A stretch of DNA of 64,000 nt from Paraspadella gotoi (taxonomy: Eukaryota > Animalia > Chaetognatha). The translations under genes were made by a program, and so were the position numbers. Under the pieces are notes generated by a model that worked only from the letters and a program-made list of their open reading frames with translations, did not search any database and had not been told where the DNA came from. Location: positions 20,280,341 to 20,344,340 of the forward strand of contig CM119266.1 of the NCBI GenBank assembly GCA_051294375.1, given 5' to 3'. Positions 41,471 through 52,058 of this stretch are shown here, piece after piece; the first letter of the stretch is position 1, and the number at the start of each line of letters is the position of its first letter.

Positions 41471-41808
41471 AATGAACTAATAAAAAAAAAAATTAAAAAA
41501 AGCTGCCTCGTGAGTTAAAAAAATAATAAAGAGTAATATTATCAAGATTATAAATTTTTACTTTAAAAAATCCAACTCTTTGACAAAGATGGAATCACAA
41601 CAAAGACGACGTCTCCATCTCGCTCAACGCCATCCTCAGCCTTAGTGGCGCCCCGCTGTCAACTTACGGCGCGAAATTCTCAAATTCCGCCGTTGTCTGG
41701 CGCCGCTTTACTTTCCGCGTCGCCAGCATATTTCCCTTGATATCTTCGCGCCCTCCAGTTTCATCTCCGCCACCGGCCCCATACTCCCCCCTTTCCGCGC
41801 CCCCCCCC

Positions 41809-42139
41809 TCATCTCGGGTCATGAGGGTTGTAGGAGCCGCCGAAGAAGGGGCCCAACGGTCCGTCCACGCGCTGTCGATATTGAACGTCGGTGAGGGGAA
41901 CTCGTAACGCTCCTTCCTTCTGGCGAATACTCATGTAATCGTGGTGACCCCGGACCCAAGCGTATCTGTGTGGGGATAAAGAGAATGTGTGTGAAGTGGA
42001 ACGGGTCGTCGTGTGTGAAAAGACTCACCTTCGATACGCCTGAGACCAACGAATGTTGGGGTCTTCGTTGTGGGTGCACAGAGCTCTGGAGAAGTTAAAA
42101 ATACTTTGCTTGCTCGATTCCTTCCTTTTTCTTTTATTT

Positions 42140-42227
<88 letters not shown>

Positions 42228-44961
42228 TTCATTATTTTTATCTTCTTTTCTTTTCTTTTCTTTTTTTTTCTTTTTTTTTTTATCTATACTCACGGCGGCT
42301 CAAATACAGGCTTTGCGCCGCCCGGAGCAGCGGAGGTAGGCGGCGGCAGAGACAGCTCCTTCCTCATGTACCAGCGGGCTGCGGCGCCGGCTGCGGTGGC
42401 GATGTTGCTGAGGAGGAAGAGGGCGATGGCTGTTTGACGAGTTCCGTCGTTGTTAAGGTTCAGGTTGGCATTGTTTAAGTTGACGGCTTCCTCCTGTGGA
42501 CGGGAGAAGACGGCGAGATCGAGAGGCGGCCAATCGAAATTATAATACACAGTGAACATTGATTATTAATCGATTGACTAGAATGCTTTCTGGATCATCG
42601 TGAAAATGTTTTAGTGTAAATTATTGCCACTGTTGTTAAAGCTGGTCTTGTTTTTTTTTTTTAAACAAGAACGGTAATTCCAATGTGTTGCGCTGCAGTG
42701 GTTTTATTTCTCGTGTATTTTTGAATGATCACTCGATTACAATGAGCGTAAGACAAGCACTGCATTGGAATTCCATTTATTCTCTATATAATTTCCTTCA
42801 AAACAAAAGATAGCGCTAGATGTCGCTTAGATTCAAGGTATTAGCACAAGAAATAAAAGAGCAACCAAGGGAAAGTCAGAAAGCATACTCTTAACGCGAT
42901 CATTTATAATCTGTGAGATCAGTTGTAACTTCGACCAATGGCTATTGGCTAATACCTCGGCCTGTCTAATGAATTAAGCCATTAAACCATTTATGAGCAT
43001 AAGAAGACAGACCAACAGACCGACGGATCAACCAACCGACAGACCGACCGACCAAAAAGTGACTCATGAAATTGCTCCGCGAGAACTCCCGGCGCAACTA
43101 AAAACCTGAAATAGAAATTGTTGTTGTTGAGGCAAAGAGGCGCCGTCATTGCCGTCGTCTTCTTGACAAAGAGAAAGTCGTACAAATAATTCTCTGGTGT
43201 TTAAAATCGAATAAAAAAAACTTTTAAAAACCGTCGAGCTCATTTAGGGAGTGAGGAATTAAGATTTGCAAGATGGCGCTGCTTTCAACTATATCTCTTC
43301 AAAAAAGGTTGAAAATAACTGAACGGCGGGAAAAAAACATTTCTCACGCCTCGTTTTTTTAAAATAGTCAGCTTGTTGATAAGGTTAGAAATTAGAAGAG
43401 TTTCAAGAAATTTAACGAGTGTTCACTGTGTATTGCAAAATGAATGGTTTATGGCGAGGAAGGTTTCGCCACCACGGGGTGGACCCTAGTTGGACGCTAT
43501 TGTTGTAGGGTCGCGAGAGAAGCCGGTTACTGACCAGTCTCTCCCTCTCACTCTCTCTCTTTACTTGGTCATTGGCTTTTTTTTTCCAAAAACACCCCAA
43601 TTTCTGTACCATAAACCCTGAAACTAATCCTAAGATTTAACCTTAATCTGCTACCAAACTTGTAACCTAATTGCGGCTTCACTCAAAGAATGAGGGATCA
43701 ATGCGGAGTGAACCCGAGCAGTGGGCACTGGGTTCTGCAATCGATAATATACTTTTTAAGTGGTACATAATAACATTTATTAACAAATATAACGCATAAC
43801 AGAGAGAGACGTTAATGGTAAAGGAAGAGAGAGAGCCAATGACCAAGTAAAGAGAGAGAGAGAGAGAGACTGGTCAGTAAGCGGCTTCGCTCGCGACCCT
43901 ACAACATAGGGACCAACTAGGGTCAACCCCGTGGTGGAGAAACCTTCGTCGCCAAAGGTTCGATGAGGATCATTAAAAGCGAGAATATTTACGTTGGTTT
44001 GCATGTTTTCTGAGGTTCCCAAATCCTGTCCTTCCACCTAAAAAAATAAAATCATCGCAGATTAATTCTAGATTAATTCTAGTTTGTACGGAACGAACAA
44101 AAAACTACCTCGAGTCCGTCATGGGCGCTTCCGCGAGTCGAGGCGTTGGCGCCACCACGACTGGCGGCGGCGTCGCCGCGGCTGGCTGCGGCGTCGCCGC
44201 GGCTGGCTGCGGCGTCACCGCGGCTGGCTGCGGCGTCACCGCGACTGGCTGCGTCGGCGTCGCCGCGGTCAGCGTCTGATTCGTCATCCAACTCCGTTTT
44301 GTCGGCGTCGTTGCCGGAAAGCAATCCTCCGTCGCCCGCCGCGAAATAGAGGTTTTTTTCAGTCTGTCCTGGCCTCTGAGATGGATGGATATTGGATAGA
44401 TGGATAGATGGATTGATCAATGGTTTAGACGTAAGGCGAGAGGGCCGAATGTTCCTCGTCGCGATGATGATCTTTTAAGGTGACTAAGATCATCGACTAA
44501 ATTTATCCGTTGGTCGTAACTTTTTAGTTGCGCAGCGAGTACACGTGGAGCAACTCTATAAGTCACTTTTCGGTCGGTCGGTCCGTCGGTATGTCTGTCC
44601 GTCAGTCTGTCCCACTTACATTAAAAACCCTTATAACTTGCCTATAGTTTGTTGCTCATTTGTTAAAAATCAAATCTAAGCGACTACTGGCGCCGCCTTT
44701 TATTTTTAATAATAAGTAAAAATAAAAATTAATGCGGCGCAACACCTTGGAATAACCGTTCTTTGTTAAATAAGAAATTTGACTTTCGGAATCATCAATC
44801 CGGCCTAGAAGCGGCATCCTTAACCAAAAATCTCCGGATATTCGGACTGACAGACTTACCGCGTTGGTAGACTCCGTCCCCTTGTTTGCGTTGTCCTCGC
44901 CAGCGGCGTCGTCTTTCTTCGCGTCGTCGGCGCTGCCTCGTTTCGACTTGGCGCAGCCCAT
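41809..44961 (-). CDS. gene A: uncharacterised 310-aa protein with MGCAKSK acylation motif, acidic RGD-repeat region, hydrophobic helix and conserved C-terminal domain
   Basis: Seven exons, all introns GT-AG with matching phases: 44961-44860 (MGCAKSKRG...STNA), 44375-44109 (RPGQ...SRGDAAA repeats...DGLE), 44037-43944 (VEGQ...FGDE), 43161-43106 (EDDGNDGASLPQQQQFLFQ), 42493-42294 (EEAVNL...AGAAARWYMRKE...FEPP), 42085-42029 (ALCTHNEDPNIRWSQAYR), 41965-41809 (RYAWVRGHHDYMSIRQKEGALRVP...HDPR*). Total 933 nt with no internal stop. Donors of exons 3 and 4 are weak (gtttct, gttttt). Confidence 0.85.
43005..43104 (-). mobile_element. DINE-1/HINE-like repeat in gene A intron 4
   Basis: Reverse complement tttttagttgcgccgggagttctcgcggagcaatttcatgagtcactttttggtcggtcggtctgtcggttggttgatccgtcggtctg has the same 5' end as 44521. 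Confidence 0.6.
43452..43954. repeat. long inverted repeat (arms 43452-43577 and 43834-43954) overlapping the gene A exon 3 donor
   Basis: Left arm tggcgaggaaggtttcgccaccacggggtggaccctagttgg...ctttacttggtcattggct is the reverse complement, with a few mismatches, of agccaatgaccaagtaaag...ccaactagggtcaaccccgtggtggagaaaccttcgtcgcca. Also present at 32184-32630. Confidence 0.9.
44521..44652 (+). mobile_element. DINE-1/HINE-like repeat in gene A intron 1
   Basis: tttttagttgcg...ggagcaactctataagtcacttttcggtcggtcggtccgtcggtatgtctgtccgtcagtctgtcccactta. Relatives at 12835, 33178, 37555, 43005, 48946 and 53670. Confidence 0.65.
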
Positions 44962-45560
44962 CCTGACGCCCCAACGAAAAGTGTCAACGAATATAAAATA
45001 AAAAAATTTAAAAAACAAAGGATTAAAAATAAATAAAAAAAAGATAAACAAAAAAAAAATAAATAAAACGAGGAAGATAAACGAAATTTCTATGGCGCCA
45101 TTTTTTAAATCGCATCTTCCGCGAGTCGAAGAAGAGAGGATCTTGAGAGACGGGGCGAAGGGGGGAGAGGGATCGAGGGAGGCGGGGGAGGTCGAGGGGG
45201 CGGGGGAGAATCGAGGGAGGCGGGGGAGGTTGGTTCTATAGCGAAGGAATGAGCTTTCATTTATCCGAGTGTAACGGACACGGACAAGGAAGACAGTCGC
45301 TCCGTTTTTCAAACAGAGCTCTCTCTCTCTCTCTCTCCTCTCTCTTCTTCTCTCTCTCTCCTCTCTCTCTCTCTCTCCTCTTCTCTCTCCTCTCTCTCTC
45401 CTCTCTCTCTTTCTTTTTGCTCTTTCAGAATCTTTCTACTCAAACCAACAACATTTCGGCCCTCCTTTCTTATCACCTCCCTTTTTGCCCTCTAAACGAC
45501 TTTCTCTCTCTCTCTCTCTCTCTCTCTTCGTCATCTCTCTCTTCTCCTCTCTTCTCGTCT

Positions 45561-45600
<40 letters not shown>

Positions 45601-45979
45601 CTGCGGGCCTCGGCGAACAAAAAAACCGGGTGGAAAATGAGGCGTGATGTCGCGACCTTTTCTTGGCCCGAGAATTTATGACACGTGACGATTTCTTGTA
45701 CCAAAGACGAAGGGAGTTGAGGTGGCGCTGGGGGGGGGAGGAAGCGGGTAATTTTGTGCGGCGGGCGGGACGTTTTGGAAAGGCAGAAGTAAAAAACGCT
45801 GCGGCTGCTGCTTGTGGGGAACGGCGGACTCGGCGTTGTCATGGGCCTCGAAGAACACATTTTGAAAACAGTTTTACAGTTTCTTATCATTACTTTGTTC
45901 TATACTATATTGTGATAATTACAGGCATTATTATTATTGTAAGTATGTTTCAGCGAACTTGGATATTCTGTTCCAAATA

Positions 45980-46490
45980 CAGTCATGTGCAAAAAAAAAC
46001 GGGCCACTTTATATCAGCCCTTAAAAATTTTCCTGAAAATTTTAATTTTTAAAAAAATTTTTAAAATAAAATAACTTTTTTTAAAAGATAAAGAGTTTAG
46101 CATAAATTTTATTAAAATCGAGCTATCTGTTGAGGAACAATAATGTTTTAAAATGAAGTATTCTATAGCAAAGCAAAACATAAAAAAAATATTTAATTAT
46201 TATTTATTTTAAATATTTTTTATTATAGATAAAAATTACAAGGGACATCCAGAAGGATATCTTGATAACCGGTTAAACCCAGATCCTTAAATAATAATTT
46301 TAAGGTTATTAAAAAATAAAATGAATGACAAATTAATAATAATAAAATAATAATAAAATTTATATACATTAATTTATTTTTTTTTTTTTTTACCTTTTAA
46401 AATTTTTTTTATGGAGCGTCCAGTAATTAAAGTTATAAAGTGGCGTGTTTTTTTTTTTTTTTGCACAGTTTGTTGCACATGAAATCAGTG
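45980..46490. mobile_element. Tc1/mariner-type MITE between genes A and B
   Basis: ta|cagtcatgtgcaaaaaaaacgggccactttata ... tataaagtggcgtgtttttt...tgcacatgaaatcagtg|ta: imperfect TIRs, TA flanks, no coding capacity. Confidence 0.65.
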
Positions 46491-46801
46491 TAGTTTGTTG
46501 CCTCCCGGTAAATTGAAAACAAGGTATTAAGCTGATCGATTTTTATCATCAGAGCAGGTTGGTAACATTGTTATTATTCCTGTGACAAGAGTACCCGTAA
46601 ATGGTAGATTTTTTCAAAATGATGGCTTAGATCTCGGTACTACTATTTTGACGCTGACAGAGAAACTGTCGTCACCAAAGCTGCTATGTTACGCCATTTC
46701 GGTAGCTAATAACGAATAATGCCACACAATTTAATTCATCCTCGTACACCATCTATCGATTAACAATTCTCAAGTCTCATATAAGTAAAGCCACTTCCTC
46801 C

Positions 46802-48209
46802 TCATCTCTGCTCGTTAGGATTGAAGGACTCCGCGATGCAGGGAACCTTAGGTCCTTCAACTCGCTCCAGAAAATCGACGTCCGTGACAGGAACGCGGGA
46901 TGCGCCCTCTTTTTGTCGCAGACTCGCGAAATCGTGATGGCCGTTAACCCAGGCGTATCTGGGCAAGGGTTTAGGTGGGGGGGGTGGTAAGTTAAAAATG
47001 AATAATGAGACAAGGAACTCACCTTCGATACTGCTGCGCCCATTGAACGTTTGCATCTTCTCTATGCGTGCAGAGAGGTCTAGAACCGATGGTGCATTTG
47101 AGAATGAGCACTTAAGACCTCACTTTGTCTCTCCATCTCTTTTTATTAGCACTCACGGAGGGGACTCGGCCGCTTGACCAGCTGAATCTCTCGAACCAGC
47201 TCTGTTGAGATACCATCGTGCTGCTGCCCCGGCGACGGTGGCCACTTGAGTCAGAAGGAGCAGCGCCAGCGCCCTATTGTTTCCTGCAGCGGACTCTGCC
47301 TCCGTCGCGTTGATGTTGAGGTTGAGCTGGAGACAAAGTCGACCAAGAAGGTAAGTACATCTGTTTAACTGTTTAAATGAAAAGTGTCCCAAACTTTTGA
47401 CTAAGAGAGCTCGTTATTTTTTAAAAATTTTATTACTTAAAATCATGACCTATCTTAATCAATCAATATTTTTTTTTAAATTTAAATATTAAGCCTTGTG
47501 ACGATTAATGTAGGTTAATCTTAATATGATATTTTTAATCTGAAAAACTCTCAATTAGAAAATGAGATTACAAACCTCATATTTAAACTTAGCCATTTTT
47601 TTTCTAACCATACGTCACTTGGAAACGGAACAATAGAGTTGCGTCCTTTTCTTATAACTCAAATTGTATTCATCTGCCATATCTCATCTTTAAATTACAT
47701 TCATATCTCTGTTGTCAGATTTTTCTCGATTCTCTTCGTTTTCGATCTGTGAAAAAAAGAATCACAAGTGATCAAACGCGTGAATGACGTCGGCCACGAT
47801 TCTCGAACTCTCACGATGAATTTAGCGCCGTTGTCACGGAAGGGCCGTCGCCTTGAGTGGCCGGTGCTTCCGCTCACAGCGTCCATGGCGTCTAGTCGCC
47901 GTTTTTCACTTTTTGACGTCGTCATCTCCGAGTAGAAGTCGCTGTCGACGTCTTTGGTATCGATAAGCGACAAGAAACTGTAAACTGGTTGGTTCCAGTA
48001 TGTCTGAAGTAACGTTAATGATTTAAACTTAGAATTATCTAAACTTATTAAGAATTATCCCCTTAACTCCAAGACAAGTGACACATTTAACACGTTGACC
48101 CATTTTCAAAAATCCCGCTCACCGAGTTTGGGGCCATATTAACGTTGTTATCCGCCTGCTCTGGACTCGAACCTCCATCTTCTTTGCTTTTTGATTTGCC
48201 GCAACCCAT
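46802..48209 (-). CDS. gene B: paralogue of gene A, about 219 aa, MGCGKSK start
   Basis: Exons 48209-48123 (MGCGKSKSKEDGGSSPEQADNNVNMAPNS|gtgagc), 48003-47815 (least certain; ...DNGAKFI|gtgaga), 47326-47157 (LNLNIN...ALALLLLTQVATVAGAAARWYLNR...ESPP|gtgagt), 47079-47023 (PLCTHREDANVQWAQQYR), 46958-46802 (RYAWVNGHHDFASLRQKEGASRVP...NEQR*). The last two exons have the same lengths (57, 157 nt) and phases as in gene A. Confidence 0.85.
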
Positions 48210-48656
48210 AATACAAAAAATTTAACACTAATCTTTAAAAAAAAATTAATGAAAAAATCCAAGACAAGGATACGAGGTGGTTTTAGAGTTAAGTCCTTAA
48301 AGCGTCCACATTTTAGCTTCGTAAGTTTGTTAATTAAATGGTGTTGGGTTCTTGCTACATTTTGGAATGTTTCATTTTAATAGAAAATTAATAAAACATT
48401 TGTAGGCAAGGATTATATAATAAAAAAGTAAAACTGTGTTACTTTCCTCAGTTTGGTCTACCACTGCTTAATAATAAACAACCTTCTATACCTTTTCTAC
48501 CTCAACCACCTTCTTCTCCTACCTCGCCACCACCCTGGCCATCTCTCCGCCCTCTACGATGTCTCCTTCTCTTTAGCCTTTCGTCCGCCCCGCTGCTCTG
48601 GATGATTACTCTCGCCGAGGGCCGAGGCTGACTAAAGACGAACCGCTTCGGGTTTC

Positions 48657-48832
48657 AGGCGGAGCACGGTCTAGAGACCTGGAGAGATTCGAAAGCAGCT
48701 CGGGACGTCAGTTTTTAGGCGGAGCACGGTCTCGAGACCTGGAGAGGTTCGAAAGCAGCTCGGGACGTCAGTTTTTAGGCAGAGCACGGTCTCGAGACCT
48801 GGAGAGGTTTGAAAGCAGCTCGGGACGTCAGG
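48657..48832 (+). repeat. 60-bp tandem repeat x3 (duplicate at about 37270-37443)
   Basis: Unit aggcggagcacggtctcgagacctggagaggttcgaaagcagctcgggacgtcagttttt; open on + as GGARSRDLERFESSSGRQFL. Confidence 0.9.
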
Positions 48833-50245
48833 GTTCCTCGGAATCCTTCGTCATTCCGTTATCGTCCGTCCTCTCGGCCTCGAACGTCAAAAAACTGTCG
48901 ACGAAATTCACGAAGGTCACGTGACCCGCACTGCGACACCAACCAAAGTCACTTTTCGGTCGGTCGGTCTGTTTTAGCCACGTGACAAAATAGAACTATG
49001 GCCCACGTGATCACAAAGTAAATGCGGTGTATTTTGTGTAATATTTAGTTCTTTTAGCTAAAACTGCAGATACTTTGTGATTAACCATAGGACGCAAGTT
49101 ATCCAGATCACACATAAAAAAATCACCACGGCGCAAAACCGTTCTTGTTTCTTGGCCGAAAATAGTTCCTCGTTGCGTTTTTGCCACAACTCCACTCTCA
49201 GGCAATCGTCACGCCTTACAACAACACTCCAATCCCAAATCTCTTCTCAGGTTTTTTTTTTTTTTCTCTTTTTCACTCCACAGTCATTTCCACCCCTGAC
49301 TTCTCTCGATCTCTCTCGGCCTCTCCATCGGGTCGACGTCCTTCTGTTTCCTTTAATGACGCCCGTACCTCGCGACACCCATTGTCTTCCCTTCCAGCCA
49401 CGCCACATTAACTGGCGACCTCTTTATTTTTTCCCCTTATTTCTTATCCTTATCGTGACTACGGGGGGGGAGAGTGGGGAACGGGGGGGGGAGGGAGTGA
49501 GGGAGGGACGAGGAGACCCGGACGAGAGAGTTGAAGTGTGAGAGAGGCGTCGCCGAATCGAAACCCTTCGCTTCGAATGTCGAATCCTCGATTCTCTTTT
49601 TTTTTTCCCCTTTTTTTTTTATGACAAGATCGCCCAACATTTAGCCACCTTTCGCGAGACAGGCCAAGATGTAGGATGAAAAAAAAACGTTAAAGGAGAT
49701 CGCAGAGGGGGGGGTAAAGGTTGGCGAGGAAGGAGGCGTGGCGAGATTTCTATCAGTGTTCAACGAGGTGAATCGCTCTGGGTTCAGATGTTTGGGGAGA
49801 AACATCAAACAAATGGAATCCCTTCGCCGATCGCCATCTGCCCTCCGTCCTCTCCGTCTCTCCCCCTCCCTCTCTCTCTCTCTCTTCCTCTCTCCCCCTC
49901 CCTCTCTCTCTCTTCCTTTCTCTTCCTCCCTCCCTCTCTCTTCCTCTCTCCCCCTCTCTCTCTTCCTCTACCACTTCTACCGGCGTCACCTGCGTCTACT
50001 TCCGGTCATTTTCCGGCGCAAAAAAGACGCCGATTTCCGGCACCGGAAAAAAATCTTGCGTTTCCTTCCGATCAATCAGTCGACGCGGCGGCGGTGGCGG
50101 CGGCGGCGGCGGCGGCGGCGGCCGCAACGACGACCGCGATTCGTTCTGTCTCGGCGGGGCTGCGGATGCCGGCAGGTGGCGGCAGGTGCAGCGAGTTGGC
50201 GCCGCCAATTCGGAACAAGAATAACGAGATGCATTACACCTTTAG

Positions 50246-50269
50246 GACCTCGAAACAACAGAAGAAGAA

Positions 50270-50305
<36 letters not shown>

Positions 50306-52058
50306 AAAAGAGGCCCGTCACGGGTGAAAGGGAAAATCTGAAACATTCTCGGCCGCGAAGCAACAAAGCGGAAAAAAAGCAATCGCGCTTTGGTCCGGGA
50401 GCCGGGGTGAGTTGAGGTGAGGCGAGGTAAGTTAAGTTGAGGTTGAGTTGAGATGAATGACTGCTTTCCTAAATGCTGATAGCGTTTGTTCTAATGAAGA
50501 TGATGATGATCATTGATGATAATGTGTTTTGTTTATCTTCTAAGCTTTTAAAGTTAAACTGATATTCTTTGTTCTAATGAATTCTTTAAATGCCTTTGAC
50601 AATCTGCTTCACGTCAGGTCGCGACTCTAGTACAGGGAGGTCCAGCTGCAATGGGACTAACTTCAAGTGCTTACAGCACAAAACGGTTTATGATAGCGAG
50701 AAAAAGAGACTATGAAATTGATACAACCAATATAAAAATTACCCATTTATTTAATAAATAAGCTTTCTTGTCCCTGACTTTTGACAGGCTTTGGTGGTTT
50801 AAGGCCTCCATCAATCTTACAAGATAATGACAGAGCAAATCCCTGCAAGCTTTCAATCAAGACTCTCTCACAGTCTCGTTTATTCACTCCCAGAGTACCT
50901 GGCTTTCCTATCAATGAAGTGGTATAATATTTCAAAGAATGTTTCAATTGTATGAAAAGACCACTCCCTTATATCAGAAACTAGGCTAAATTATCTTTCA
51001 ATCGATATCAAAAACGTCTGGAAAATCCAATTAAAGCTTTTTGCATAACCTGTCAAAATTCTTTGCGCCGTTTCCTTCCAAAATTTTGGGAAGTTTTGGA
51101 AAAAATCAAGATGAAGTATGGTGACTCCTGACTTTTGGACCCGCAGTTTACCTGACTGCAATCTTTCTGATTAATGAAAATGTAGGATAGAGAAGCAGAA
51201 TGTCCCACGTATCTTCTCAAGAACTTTATACTTTCTGACAGCAACCATAGTGACAGAAATGATAGCATTCTTAACTGGAGCAATCGGAAAAGCATATGTC
51301 GCCTTCTCTGAACCTCTGAACCTTTTAACCTGAGAAGATAACGCCAATGGTGGCCAAAAGCGAATCTTTTTATTTGATTGTGTTGTCGTTACAATTTTTC
51401 ACAAGTGTACCAATTTTCATTTGATTATATTTGTATTTACCCGCCCCAACGATTTTTAAAAGTTAGTCCCAAAAGAGCTGGACCTCCCTGTAAATGACTT
51501 TCGGAATAAGCGCCACGACGCGTTGCTTAGCAACGACTTTTTCCGAGACGATCAGATTAATTATCTCGCCGTTAAAGTTACTCCCGGACAACATCGTAAA
51601 AGGAGTATAAAAAAAAACTCGGGAAGGAATTTATGGAGATCCATTTCCCGACGAGGGAGCGAGGCCGCGACGCGCGCAGATCCGCGCCAGTCACGCCACG
51701 CCCATTAACCGGATGTAGCGCGCGAGATGTAGCGTTAACCGGTTAACCGGTTAACCGGCTCACACCCATAATCTTCGCGGAATGTCGATATCCGAGCAGC
51801 GTGCGGCCTATAAACACACTTTCACGGGAAAAGGGTAGCTTAAATATTTTTATCGCCCGCCACTAGGTTCCCGTCTCCACTCTGCAACCCCTCGTTCGCC
51901 CTTCTCGTAACAACGCTCCCGTCACTCCCACTTCGCCCCCCGTCACTCCCACTTCACCCTCGTCAACTCCTTTCACTATCGAACGTCGAACACGCCCCCT
52001 CCCCTCCCCTTCGCAAAGCCCGGCCGCGCGACCCCTCGCGACCCCGAAACAACAGAAG
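50246..52058 (+). CDS. candidate exons of an unknown low-complexity protein gene
   Basis: tttag|DLETTEEED(n)KRGPSR...KQSRFGPGAG|gtgagt (50246-50406, needs one indel) and ctag|VPVSTLQPLVRP...TPKQQK|gtgcaa (51867-52058, 64 open codons), both phase 0. A CpG-rich region with ttccgg motifs lies upstream. Confidence 0.3.
50633..51490 (+). mobile_element. internally deleted, degenerate Tc1/mariner DNA transposon (maT/DD37D-like)
   Basis: 31-bp TIRs cagggaggtccagct-n5-gggactaactt at both ends, flanked by TA (50631-32, 51491-92). Relic transposase C-terminus at 51050-51365: QNSLRRFLPKFW...PDFWTRSLPDCNLSD*, compare WPPxSPDxNPxD. Confidence 0.88.

Noticed and set aside
41809-42493. NDUFA4/COXFA4-like identity for the C-terminal half of genes A and B
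   Set aside because: Only a loose hydrophobic helix and W..Y...DY resemblance. The NPDV.W motif is missing and the long acylated N-terminus does not fit.
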